Shown: piece after piece, positions 9,203 to 16,611 of the stretch
Position numbering within the stretch: the first letter of the stretch is position 1
How the letters are laid out: each line of letters starts with the position of its first letter
Source: a virus
Lineage: Duplodnaviria; Heunggongvirae; Uroviricota; Caudoviricetes
Direction: 5' to 3' (one strand)
IMG/VR virus record: IMGVR_UViG_2526164594_000022
Length of the DNA: 23,911 nucleotides
The notes under the pieces: model-generated
The model's database searches: none
What the model was told of the DNA's origin: nothing
Seen by the model: the letters and a program-made list of their open reading frames with translations, nothing else
Translations under genes and position numbers: made by a program

Positions 9203-9687
9203 TTGTTCTTGCCCCCTTATTTCCAGACAGGGGGGGTATCTTAAGTTAACGTTACCCGCTGACGTCGATATTCTCGCGGAGAGCGATAACCCAACGCACT
9301 GTGCGGATGGTTTTCATTGTAATGTTCGATCGCCACTGCAAGATTATGCAATGCCGTTCTTACATTCGGTTTCGGCATGAACGCGATGTAGTCTTCCTTC
9401 ATCGTTTTCACGAACCTTTCTGCAATTCCATTACTCTGAGGACTGCTGATTGCCGTTGTGCAGGGCTCCAGATTCAACTCTCTGGCGAACTGCCGTGTTT
9501 CATGCGCTCTATACGCTGAACCGTTATCTGTCAGCCACTGGATGGACTGTTCCGGTACTTTATCGCCAAAGCGTTTTTCTATCGCTCCTAACATGACATC
9601 CTGCACTGTCGCTTTATCGTAACCTCCCGTGCTTGCGGCCCAGTCTATGGCTTCACGATCGCAACAGTCCAGGGCGATTCATCTGGG
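9203..9687 (-). mobile_element. IS2-family (IS3 superfamily) remnant: 3' end only, with terminal repeat
   Basis: Minus-strand translation ..[72 protein letters not shown]...[14 protein letters not shown] resembles IS2 InsD (OrfB) C-terminus. Homology stops at a stop codon near 9687. Reverse complement of ~9203-9235 resembles the IS2 right end (TGTCTGGAAATA..GGGGCAA). Confidence 0.65.
9241..9606 (-). pseudogene. Transposase OrfB C-terminal fragment (rve integrase core) of the IS2-family remnant
   Basis: 121-aa ORF with DDE-region motifs (..TDNGSAYRA.., ..[11 protein letters not shown].., [14 protein letters not shown]); N-terminal two-thirds missing. Confidence 0.7.
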
Positions 9688-9953
9688 CCAATCCTTGCTC
9701 ATAACAGGCATTCACTTCAGTCATGGCAGAAAGGTATGCATGCTGGAGAAGTCGTGAAAGAAAAGAAGACTGCTGCGCCGTTTGTCGTCACGTTTATCTT
9801 CATTGGCTATGCAAGTCGTAATACAAGGTGGGACAAAACTGAGACACATAAGGCCTCGCAATGGCTTGCAAGGCTTTACATGTTTTGATGTGGTGGGACG
9901 TGTGAGCGCAGTGTTGATGGGGTAATGCTTTGAATTAGAAGCGGATTCTTATA

Positions 9954-9999
9954 ATTCGTAATGCGAAGGTCGTAGGTTCGACTCCTATTATCGGCACCA
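9954..9999 (+). other. 3' fragment of tRNA-Thr (thrW-type, anticodon loop to CCA): attL-like direct repeat of the P4-like element
   Basis: ATTCGTAATGCGAAGGTCGTAGGTTCGACTCCTATTATCGGCACCA matches the 3' 46 nt of tRNA-Thr(CGU) as recalled. Upstream sequence lacks the 5' half (no GCCGATA acceptor strand). Confidence 0.75.
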
Positions 10000-10161
10000 T
10001 CTCAACTTCCTCAAACGTCCGTATTAGTCCATAAAATCTCTGATTTATAACATTTTTTATTCTTTTAAGTCCATAGTAGTCCGTAACCATCCAGTAGAAT
10101 CCGGTACTGAATGTGTATAGGATTGTGTATATGTTCCTGTTCGGTCTGGATTCCTATACAC

Positions 10162-11343
10162 ATGCCTTTAAACGATATGCAGATTCGCCGCGCTAAGCCT
10201 GAAGCTAAAGCCTATACATTTGGAGATGGGCTAGGGTTGTCATTACTTATAGAACCTAATGGAAGCAAGAGTTGGCGGTTCCGCTATCGCTATGCCGGCA
10301 AACCCAAAATGATCTCGCTTGGTGTTTACCCAACGATCACCCTTGCCGATGCTCGTTCCCGTCGTGATGAAGCTCGAAAACTTGTGGCAGAAGGAAAGAA
10401 CCCTAGTGAGGTTCGAAAAGAGCAAAAGCTAGCTATGCAAACAGAGTCAGAGAACGCCTTCGAAAAGATAGCCAGAGAGTGGCATCAACTTAAATCTGCT
10501 AAATGGTCGGCGGGATATGCATCAGACATCATGGAAGCGTTTAAGAACGACATTTTTCCTTATGTCGGAACAAGGCCTGTGGGAGAGATTAAACCGCTAG
10601 AGCTGCTGAACGTTCTGCGTAAAATTGAGAAACGTGGTGCGTTGGAGAAAATGCGCAAAGTGCGGCAGCGTTGCTCCGAAGTGTTTCGCTACGCAATTGC
10701 AACGGGTAGGGCGGAGTACAATCCTGCGGCTGATCTCTCCAGCGCTCTCGAAGTACACCAATCCAATCATTTCCCATTCCTAAAAGCTGATGAGATACCT
10801 GATTTTCTACGTGCCTTAGAGGGTTACTCCGGGAGTAAGCTTGTCCAGATAGCCACGAAATTACTGATGATTACGGGTGTGAGAACCATCGAATTACGCG
10901 CGGCATTATGGCAAGAATTTGATCTGGATAACGCTATTTGGGAAATTCCTGCTGAAAGGATGAAAATGCGTAGGCCACATCTTGTGCCCTTATCATCTCA
11001 AGCGGTAGATTTACTCAATGAACTCAAGATCATGACAGGGAACTATCGTTATGTTTTTCCAGGGCGGAACGATCCGAATAGGCCAATGAGCGAAGCGAGT
11101 ATAAATCAAGCCATTAAGCGTATTGGGTATGGAGGAAAAGTCACTGGACATGGTTTTCGTCATACCCTTTCTACAATCCTGCATGAGCAAGGTTTTGAGA
11201 GTGCTTGGATTGAAATCCAGTTGGCTCATGTAGATAAAAATTCTATTAGGGGGACTTATAACCATGCTCAATATTTTAGTGGAAGGAAGTCTATGATGGA
11301 CTGGTACAGTAATTTGATATTTGAAAGACTAAAAAGGAGTTAA
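10162..11343 (+). CDS. int: P4-type tyrosine integrase
   Basis: N-terminus MPLNDMQIRRAKPEAKAYTFGDGLGLSLLIEPNGSKSWRFRYR (P4-integrase-family arm-binding region); C-terminal catalytic residues in ..GHGFRHTLSTILHEQG..LAHVDKNSIRGTYNHAQY. ORF track starts at 10111 with an unlikely Cys-rich leader. Confidence 0.85.
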   Translation: MPLNDMQIRRAKPEAKAYTFGDGLGLSLLIEPNGSKSWRFRYRYAGKPKMISLGVYPTITLADARSRRDEARKLVAEGKNPSEVRKEQKLAMQTESENAFEKIAREWHQLKSAKWSAGYASDIMEAFKNDIFPYVGTRPVGEIKPLELLNVLRKIEKRGALEKMRKVRQRCSEVFRYAIATGRAEYNPAADLSSALEVHQSNHFPFLKADEIPDFLRALEGYSGSKLVQIATKLLMITGVRTIELRAALWQEFDLDNAIWEIPAERMKMRRPHLVPLSSQAVDLLNELKIMTGNYRYVFPGRNDPNRPMSEASINQAIKRIGYGGKVTGHGFRHTLSTILHEQGFESAWIEIQLAHVDKNSIRGTYNHAQYFSGRKSMMDWYSNLIFERLKRS

Positions 11344-11346
11344 TTT

Positions 11347-11763
11347 GTGTCTCAACCACTTTCGGAAATATTGACATGGGATGATGAACAATGGGAGGTA
11401 TTTGTCCATGATTGGCTTATTGTCTGTAAATCAGATGATTACCCGTGGAGCGAACGTTTGGGAGGAGCTGGAGATAAAGGTAGAGACGTTGTTGGATATA
11501 AATCGGATCCTAACGTAGAAGGTTATTCTTGGGATAATTATCAATGCAAACTGTACAAAAAAAGTTTAGGGTTCTCTGATGTTGTAGTTGAGTTTGGAAA
11601 ACTTATCTATTTTACTCTGAATGGTGATTATCCCATCCCTCAGAAGTACTTTTTTGTGGCACCCTATGATTTATCTACTACATTTTCTAATTTATTGAAA
11701 AATAAAAACGAGCTTAAAAAAGCAGTCCTTGATTCATGGGATTCAGCAATTTCAAAAAAATAA
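11347..11763 (+). CDS. Cargo protein, N-terminal part: Mrr-like PD-(D/E)xK restriction-endonuclease-fold domain (LmuA-like effector candidate); ORF ends in an A7 run
   Basis: GTG start preceded by SD AAGGAG. Motifs WEVFVHDWL ... GGAGDKGRDVVGY ... YQCKLY fit the E...D...(Q/E)xK catalytic arrangement of Mrr-type nucleases. Stop immediately follows an A7 homopolymer at 11754-11760. Confidence 0.55.
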   Translation: MSQPLSEILTWDDEQWEVFVHDWLIVCKSDDYPWSERLGGAGDKGRDVVGYKSDPNVEGYSWDNYQCKLYKKSLGFSDVVVEFGKLIYFTLNGDYPIPQKYFFVAPYDLSTTFSNLLKNKNELKKAVLDSWDSAISKK

Positions 11764-12353
11764 CTAAAAAGATTGATATTCCATTAGATGATGAAATAAA
11801 AAAATATATTGAGGATTTTGATTTTAGTATTTTTTACTCTCTACCCTTATCATTGATTTTAAATGATATTGCAAATACACACCTTTATTTTAAGTACTTT
11901 AACGAGCTGTATGTCGTGAGAATCCCTCCAAATGAAATTCCAACATACAATTCAAAAAAAGAGTCTGTATATGTTAATGCACTGCTTCAAGCCTATTCAG
12001 AGCATGGAAATAAAACTTATAGTTCTTTCTTAGAGCTTGATGATCCATACAGACGACACTTTAATAATAGTAGAAATGATTTTTATTTTGCATCTTCGCT
12101 TGAGGTTTTTGTCCGCGAAGTATTTAAAGATGATGTATTCAAAGCATTGAAATGTTACATTTCATCTTCAATTGAACCCGTCTTTTATGAAGACCATAAT
12201 TATGCATTTATTAGGTGTAATGCAGTCTTGAAGCAGGCTGTTCTGACACCAATTGCACATTCAGTACTATCAAAAATATGTGAAGCAAATGATAAAAAAG
12301 GAATATGCCATCATTTGGTTAATGATGGTGAAGTAATTTGGACGGTGAGATAA
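11736..12353 (+). CDS. Cargo protein, probable continuation of the preceding ORF in the +1 frame (C-terminal domain of the nuclease protein)
   Basis: Open frame passes through the same A7 run; one extra A would join ..DSWDSAISKK to ITKKIDIPLDDEIKKY.., giving a ~335-aa protein. Stop overlaps the next ATG (TAATG). Confidence 0.5.
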   Translation: MGFSNFKKITKKIDIPLDDEIKKYIEDFDFSIFYSLPLSLILNDIANTHLYFKYFNELYVVRIPPNEIPTYNSKKESVYVNALLQAYSEHGNKTYSSFLELDDPYRRHFNNSRNDFYFASSLEVFVREVFKDDVFKALKCYISSSIEPVFYEDHNYAFIRCNAVLKQAVLTPIAHSVLSKICEANDKKGICHHLVNDGEVIWTVR

Positions 12354-12811
12354 TGGTTAGAATTTATAATTCAAGTTTAGAAGTGGCATGTCGAATGGCG
12401 AAAGTGCTCGTCGCTATTTATCCTTCTTCATTAAGCCTTGAACGGCTTATTTGTTTTGATTTTATTTTAGTAAATCTTAAGGATTTTTTACCTGAAGAGA
12501 TTAGTCTTCATCCTCCAATACCCCGTAGAGATGCTCAGTTAGCCCTAAAACGAGAGATTGTTTTAGAATCATTGGCTTTGTTGCAAGGCTATGAACTAGC
12601 CTCAAAAATTTATACACATCGTGGTTTTGTATATAAAGCTTCTGAAAAAACATATGCATTTACAAATTCTCTACATAATGAATATGTTGCGCAGATGGAG
12701 CATAATATAAATTTGGTGGTTAAGTTATATAGTGATATTCCTGATGAGCAGTTGCAATCAATTATAAAAAATAAAATTGGCAAATATGATATGGAATTTA
12801 ATTATGAATGA
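12353..12811 (+). CDS. Small cargo protein (~152 aa), candidate middle component (LmuC-like by position)
   Basis: ATG at 12353 overlaps the upstream stop (TAATG), suggesting translational coupling; 3' end overlaps the next ATG (ATGAATGA). No motif recognised. Confidence 0.5.
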   Translation: MVRIYNSSLEVACRMAKVLVAIYPSSLSLERLICFDFILVNLKDFLPEEISLHPPIPRRDAQLALKREIVLESLALLQGYELASKIYTHRGFVYKASEKTYAFTNSLHNEYVAQMEHNINLVVKLYSDIPDEQLQSIIKNKIGKYDMEFNYE

Positions 12812-13436
12812 CAATTTTTTTACGTTCAGAAAAATAAAGGTAACCGGATTCAATAAATTAGATGCTATAATTGAATTTGGTTCTAAATTGACTATTTTAT
12901 ATGGTGGTTCTGACTCTGGAAAAACATACATATATTATTTGATTCGATATTTATTAGGGAGTGAAAAACTAAAAAATAAAGATATCGATCATGCTCAAGG
13001 TTATGATTTAGCCTATCTGGAATTTAATTTTCAAGGTAGGGTAATGACAATTGAGAGGTCTCTTCAGGATAGCGCCCATTACAGATTATATGATTCGAGC
13101 ATTGAAAATGTTAGTGAAGCTAATCTGTTGATGGTTTTTTCCAAAAGTGCTTCGTCTAAAAAGAGTTTTTCATCATACTTTTATGGTAGGTTGAATTTCA
13201 AAGAGGCTAAAGTAAGAACAAACTTAAGTAATACTCTTCATAAATTTAATCTTAATAATGTTTTTGAATTTTTTTGTATTGATGAATTAAGAGTGTTAAC
13301 TGAGAAGTCGTTAATTCTTTCTGATATTCCTAGCGAGGAGACAAAAAGAAAGTCTGAATTTAAATTCCTTTTAACTCAGAGAGATGATACTAACTCCTTA
13401 GCAGAAAAACCAAATAAAAAAGCAAGATATTTTTAA
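12804..13436 (+). CDS. SMC/Rad50/RecF-like ABC ATPase, N-terminal head half (Walker A); LmuB-like candidate, fragment 1
   Basis: MNDNFFTFRKIKVTGFNKLDAIIEFGSKLTILYGGSDSGKTYIYYLIRYLLG: the typical SMC_N-type start (..i.i.nF...) and P-loop GGSDSGKT. Ends at an in-frame TAA that begins an A7 run. Confidence 0.6.
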   Translation: MNDNFFTFRKIKVTGFNKLDAIIEFGSKLTILYGGSDSGKTYIYYLIRYLLGSEKLKNKDIDHAQGYDLAYLEFNFQGRVMTIERSLQDSAHYRLYDSSIENVSEANLLMVFSKSASSKKSFSSYFYGRLNFKEAKVRTNLSNTLHKFNLNNVFEFFCIDELRVLTEKSLILSDIPSEETKRKSEFKFLLTQRDDTNSLAEKPNKKARYF

Positions 13437-13466
13437 AAAAATCAAATTGCAAATATTTATGAGGAA

Positions 13467-13856
13467 TTGAAAGCGCAATTAATTTATCCTGAATATGATC
13501 AAGTCATTGTTTCAAGAGAACTTGAGAAAGTAGAGCAAGATATTGAATCATCGAAAGATATATTGAAAGGTATTGTTGATGCACTTGATGATAAGAAGCA
13601 ATTATTAAAAGAGTTAAGTGATGAATTATATTCAATCAGTGACAGGGAAAAATACTTATCATTACTCATTGAAAGATTTAGTCTTCTTAAAGACCAATAC
13701 TTTATAGATCTACAAAGAATAGATGTTGTATCACAGGCGAATTTCTATTTAAATAATTTTGCAGATATTTATTGTGAGTTCTGTAATACACCGCAAAAAA
13801 AGAAAATGAAATATCATATGATGATTGTTTTTTGTCGTGTAATGCAGAAAAATTGA
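13467..13856 (+). CDS. Coiled-coil segment of the SMC-like ATPase (fragment 2), ending in CxxC
   Basis: Same frame as the preceding ORF, separated by a single TAA. Heptad-rich sequence ..ELEKVEQDIESSKDILKGIVDALDDKKQLLKELSDELYSI.. ending ..CEFCNTPQKK at an A7 run (13795-13801). Confidence 0.45.
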   Translation: MKAQLIYPEYDQVIVSRELEKVEQDIESSKDILKGIVDALDDKKQLLKELSDELYSISDREKYLSLLIERFSLLKDQYFIDLQRIDVVSQANFYLNNFADIYCEFCNTPQKKKMKYHMMIVFCRVMQKN

Positions 13857-14056
13857 AAATCAAAAGCCAGCTGAAAGGATTAATTGAATCAATCGGATCT
13901 AATGTTCGCGAACATGAATTAATTATGTTAAGAAAAAATGATGTTAATGAAATTTATCAATCAGAAAAAAGTGATTTTAAGACGTTAGAAGATAAAAATA
14001 TAAAACAATACATTCATCTCTTGAATCACTTTATGAATATAAAGACAATCTTTTAA
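13832..14056 (+). CDS. SMC-like ATPase fragment 3 (second half of a putative zinc hook, CFLSC, plus coiled coil)
   Basis: With one extra A in the A7 run the reading becomes CEFCNTPQKKENEISYDDCFLSCNAEKLKIKSQLK.., i.e. CxxC-x16-CxxxC, reminiscent of Rad50/SMC hook motifs. Confidence 0.4.
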   Translation: MSCNAEKLKIKSQLKGLIESIGSNVREHELIMLRKNDVNEIYQSEKSDFKTLEDKNIKQYIHLLNHFMNIKTIF

Positions 14057-14622
14057 TGGATCACACAAAACATAGCATTCTATCTTCATTACAAGATAAA
14101 GAAGATGATGTTGACGAACTTAAATACTCCGCCGAGGACTTTGACTCCTTAACAGTAGCTGATTTGTATGATATAGAAATAGCGATGCAAGACTTTTTGA
14201 ATGATATAAATTTTGAAAATTCTAAAGATAACAAAGTGCGATTTGACGAAGATACATATGACTTTAATATCAATGGGAAACGCCGAGGAATGTTTGGTAA
14301 AGGTACCCGTGCAGTAATGCATGCTATATTTACCATTTGCTTTGCGGAATTTTTATCAAGAAAAGGGAATCCATTCATTGGATTTGTTGTGCTTGATAGT
14401 CCATTAGTGACGCACTTTGATAAAGATAGAGGGGGTTCTCTATCGGATGTTAATAGCGTCAGTCTCAGTGATTCATTTTATCACGCATTAATCAAAAGGG
14501 ACTATAATTTCCAGATTGTAATTCTTGAGAATAAAGGTCCGACGTTCCAAATAAAAATTAATGATGCAAATAAAATCCATAACTTAAATAAGAATGGAAG
14601 CTCTGGTTTTTATCCTGTTTAA
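14056..14622 (+). CDS. SMC-like ABC ATPase, C-terminal head half (signature-like and Walker B-like motifs), fragment 4
   Basis: ..GKRRGMFGKGTRAVMHAIFTICFAEFLSRKGNPFIGFVVLDSPLVTHFDKD..QIVILENKG: signature-like GKGTRA, hydrophobic stretch plus acidic residue (VVLDSP) in Walker B position. ATG overlaps the upstream stop (TAATG). Confidence 0.55.
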   Translation: MDHTKHSILSSLQDKEDDVDELKYSAEDFDSLTVADLYDIEIAMQDFLNDINFENSKDNKVRFDEDTYDFNINGKRRGMFGKGTRAVMHAIFTICFAEFLSRKGNPFIGFVVLDSPLVTHFDKDRGGSLSDVNSVSLSDSFYHALIKRDYNFQIVILENKGPTFQIKINDANKIHNLNKNGSSGFYPV

Positions 14623-14984
14623 TACATTAAAAATATAACTGCTAATTGGGGTGCTCGAAATTATATTTCGTTTCGAGCGCTCAGTTCATTTCTAAATAAT
14701 TTGCAAAATTATTTTGGGTACTTTCGCCTCTACACTTCCTTCGGGTGGTTCCACAATAATGGATCTCACCGGCGTTTGATATTTTATAATCTAACCCCTT
14801 AGCGCGCGCAGCCCCCCACGCCTGCTCGCTTCGCTTAACAGACTGGTTTTCATGCATTCCGCAAATCGTCTCAGAAGCCACCACACAAGGGCTTTCGCGT
14901 CAAAAATGGTGCATGAGAATCATGCGTTTTCATGCGCTATAGACATGCACTCATGCGCTCTCAGGCCAGCCAGGGAAAAGGCGT

Positions 14985-15027
14985 AAAAAATCCCAGTACT
15001 GGACCGGGATTACGTGGGCTTTTTTTG
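14985..15027 (-). terminator. Putative intrinsic terminator downstream of the delta/ogr-like gene
   Basis: Minus-strand hairpin AATCCC-N11-GGGATT followed by TTTTTT. Stem is short, so tentative. Confidence 0.35.
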
Positions 15028-15031
15028 CTAA

Positions 15032-15304
15032 TCAGACAGGAATTTGCTGACGGCTTGACAGCTTTGACGCGGAGCCATAGCGATTGAGAGTTTGCTGTTG
15101 TTTTTCCGGCATTTGTGCTTTCTCTGATTCCTGTTCATTGCGCCGGGGCTTCATGATTATCGTATCCACACTTTCCAGTGCGGTAAATGTGTAGGAACAT
15201 TCAAGATTCTGGCACTGATACCATGAGCGTTTAACCGATGGTGCTTCATAGGCGGAGGTTCTGGCGTGTGCCGTCGTACCGCATTCGGGACATTTAAGTG
15301 CCAT
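15032..15304 (-). CDS. Ogr/Delta-family zinc-finger late-gene activator
   Basis: MALKCPECGTTAHARTSAYEAPSVKRSWYQCQNLECSYTFTALESV..: C-x2-C...C-x4-C pattern and AHARTS motif as in P2 Ogr / P4 Delta. Confidence 0.85.
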   Translation of the reverse strand: MALKCPECGTTAHARTSAYEAPSVKRSWYQCQNLECSYTFTALESVDTIIMKPRRNEQESEKAQMPEKQQQTLNRYGSASKLSSRQQIPV

Positions 15305-15309
15305 TAATA

Positions 15310-15861
15310 TTACTCCTGCATGCCGTTAATGTAATCCAGACGTTGCTGAAAGCGCAGTTGTTGTGCAGGGGTGTAAGAGCTCTGGCAATCACGAACCATC
15401 ATGGGGTCAGGCATCACACCGGATTCATCCAGAATCATACGATAATCCCCGGCAATTTCAGGCGGTGTTATTGCCAGCTGGCGAACCAGAGCATTGCGTA
15501 ATATACGGGACGCAACGTCAACCCCTCCGCGCCCCTTCAGGAACGGAGCCAGTGCAGATGTCAGGGCTGCTCCATTCGCCTGCATAAAATTGCTGAGAGC
15601 GTCTTCTGTGCAGGCCTCCATCAGTTGATGCTGCGAGTAAATGCATTCGCGCGCAGCACAGTTAATTTGCCATTTCAGCACATCCAGATGTTCCCGCTGT
15701 AATTCGAGCTGTCGAGCATAATCTGCTGGTTTTTCCATGGCAGTGAGGAGTGATTCTATCTGTTGTTCAACGGCTTTTCGGCTCTCACTATGTCCAGCCC
15801 ACAGAATACGGGCATTTCTAAAACTGATAAGCGCTTGGTCTGGAGTGACTCGGGCCATCAT
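15310..15861 (-). CDS. psu: Psu-like protein (polarity suppression / capsid decoration)
   Basis: 183-aa ORF between the sid-like and delta-like genes; partial resemblance to P4 Psu (..LKWQINCAARECI.., ..GAALTSALAPFL.., ..YTPAQQ..) by recall. Confidence 0.65.
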   Translation of the reverse strand: MMARVTPDQALISFRNARILWAGHSESRKAVEQQIESLLTAMEKPADYARQLELQREHLDVLKWQINCAARECIYSQHQLMEACTEDALSNFMQANGAALTSALAPFLKGRGGVDVASRILRNALVRQLAITPPEIAGDYRMILDESGVMPDPMMVRDCQSSYTPAQQLRFQQRLDYINGMQE

Positions 15862-15930
15862 ACTGCTTTCTCCTTCTCAGCACGTTCCTGACGAACCTTC
15901 ATTTTATGCATAGCTGCTGGAGAGAGTTTA

Positions 15931-16611
15931 TTACTGAAATCCAGACGGGCCGCATAATCCGGGGGCAACTCCCGCCAGTTTAAACACGGGGTCCTGTTCG
16001 GGCATCGCATCGTTAGTCAGAGCCGGTCTGGTGATATGTTTATGAATAAAATCTTTCAGCAGTGTGTCCGGGTCATTAACTGAATGCACCACACCGACAA
16101 CTGCGCTGGCTTCCCTGCCCATTGTTGATTTGAGCAGGCTTAGTGTCTGGATTAGTGCTTTTCCATGCGACTGCATAAAATCTTCCCAGATTTGTTTTGC
16201 GCGAATACCCACAAGGGTGTCGTGCGCGTGGATATACTTTCCGGCTAATTCCGCAGCCTCCTGCGGCAAAAGTGCATTTTCGCTTTCCTGAGCCGCCAGC
16301 AGCTCATCAAAATCCTCAAGCGTTTCTCGTCCCAGCGCAATTTCCGTGCGCAGTTTTTTCATTTCCTTTGAGACTACGCCCTGACTTTCACGAAATAGCG
16401 TGCGCCACTCCTCATTCAGGGCGTTCGTCGTGGCTTCCATTTCAGCGCGGCGCTGGCGGATTGTCGCAATATTATCCGCTGCCGCTTTTTGCTGACGACG
16501 TGCTTCAAGCCATGCAGATTTGGTGGCATTCACTTTCTCAAGCGCCTGTTGCGTCGAAACAGGGATAGAAATTTCAACGATCGGGTTATTGTTCTGTTCT
16601 GGGATTGTCAT
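15931..16611 (-). CDS. sid: Sid-like external scaffold (capsid size determination) protein
   Basis: 226-aa ORF first in the minus-strand late cluster; shares ..EEWRTLFRESQGVVSKEMKK.. with P4 Sid (..DDWRTAFRAAGGVLSDELKQ..) by recall. Confidence 0.6.
   Translation of the reverse strand: MTIPEQNNNPIVEISIPVSTQQALEKVNATKSAWLEARRQQKAAADNIATIRQRRAEMEATTNALNEEWRTLFRESQGVVSKEMKKLRTEIALGRETLEDFDELLAAQESENALLPQEAAELAGKYIHAHDTLVGIRAKQIWEDFMQSHGKALIQTLSLLKSTMGREASAVVGVVHSVNDPDTLLKDFIHKHITRPALTNDAMPEQDPVFKLAGVAPGLCGPSGFQ

Noticed and set aside
9081-9519. ORFs 9081-9380 and 9301-9519 (+)
   Set aside because: Overlap the 3' end of the AraC gene and run antisense to the IS2-family transposase remnant.
10243-11271. 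ORFs 10243-10425, 10589-10777 and 11011-11271 (-)
   Set aside because: Antisense within the integrase gene.
14061-14378. ORF 14061-14378 (-), 105 aa
   Set aside because: Antisense to the C-terminal ATPase fragment, which carries recognisable motifs.
14681-14884. ORF 14681-14884 (-), 67 aa
   Set aside because: Lies in the non-coding cos-like interval with no start context; probably not a gene.
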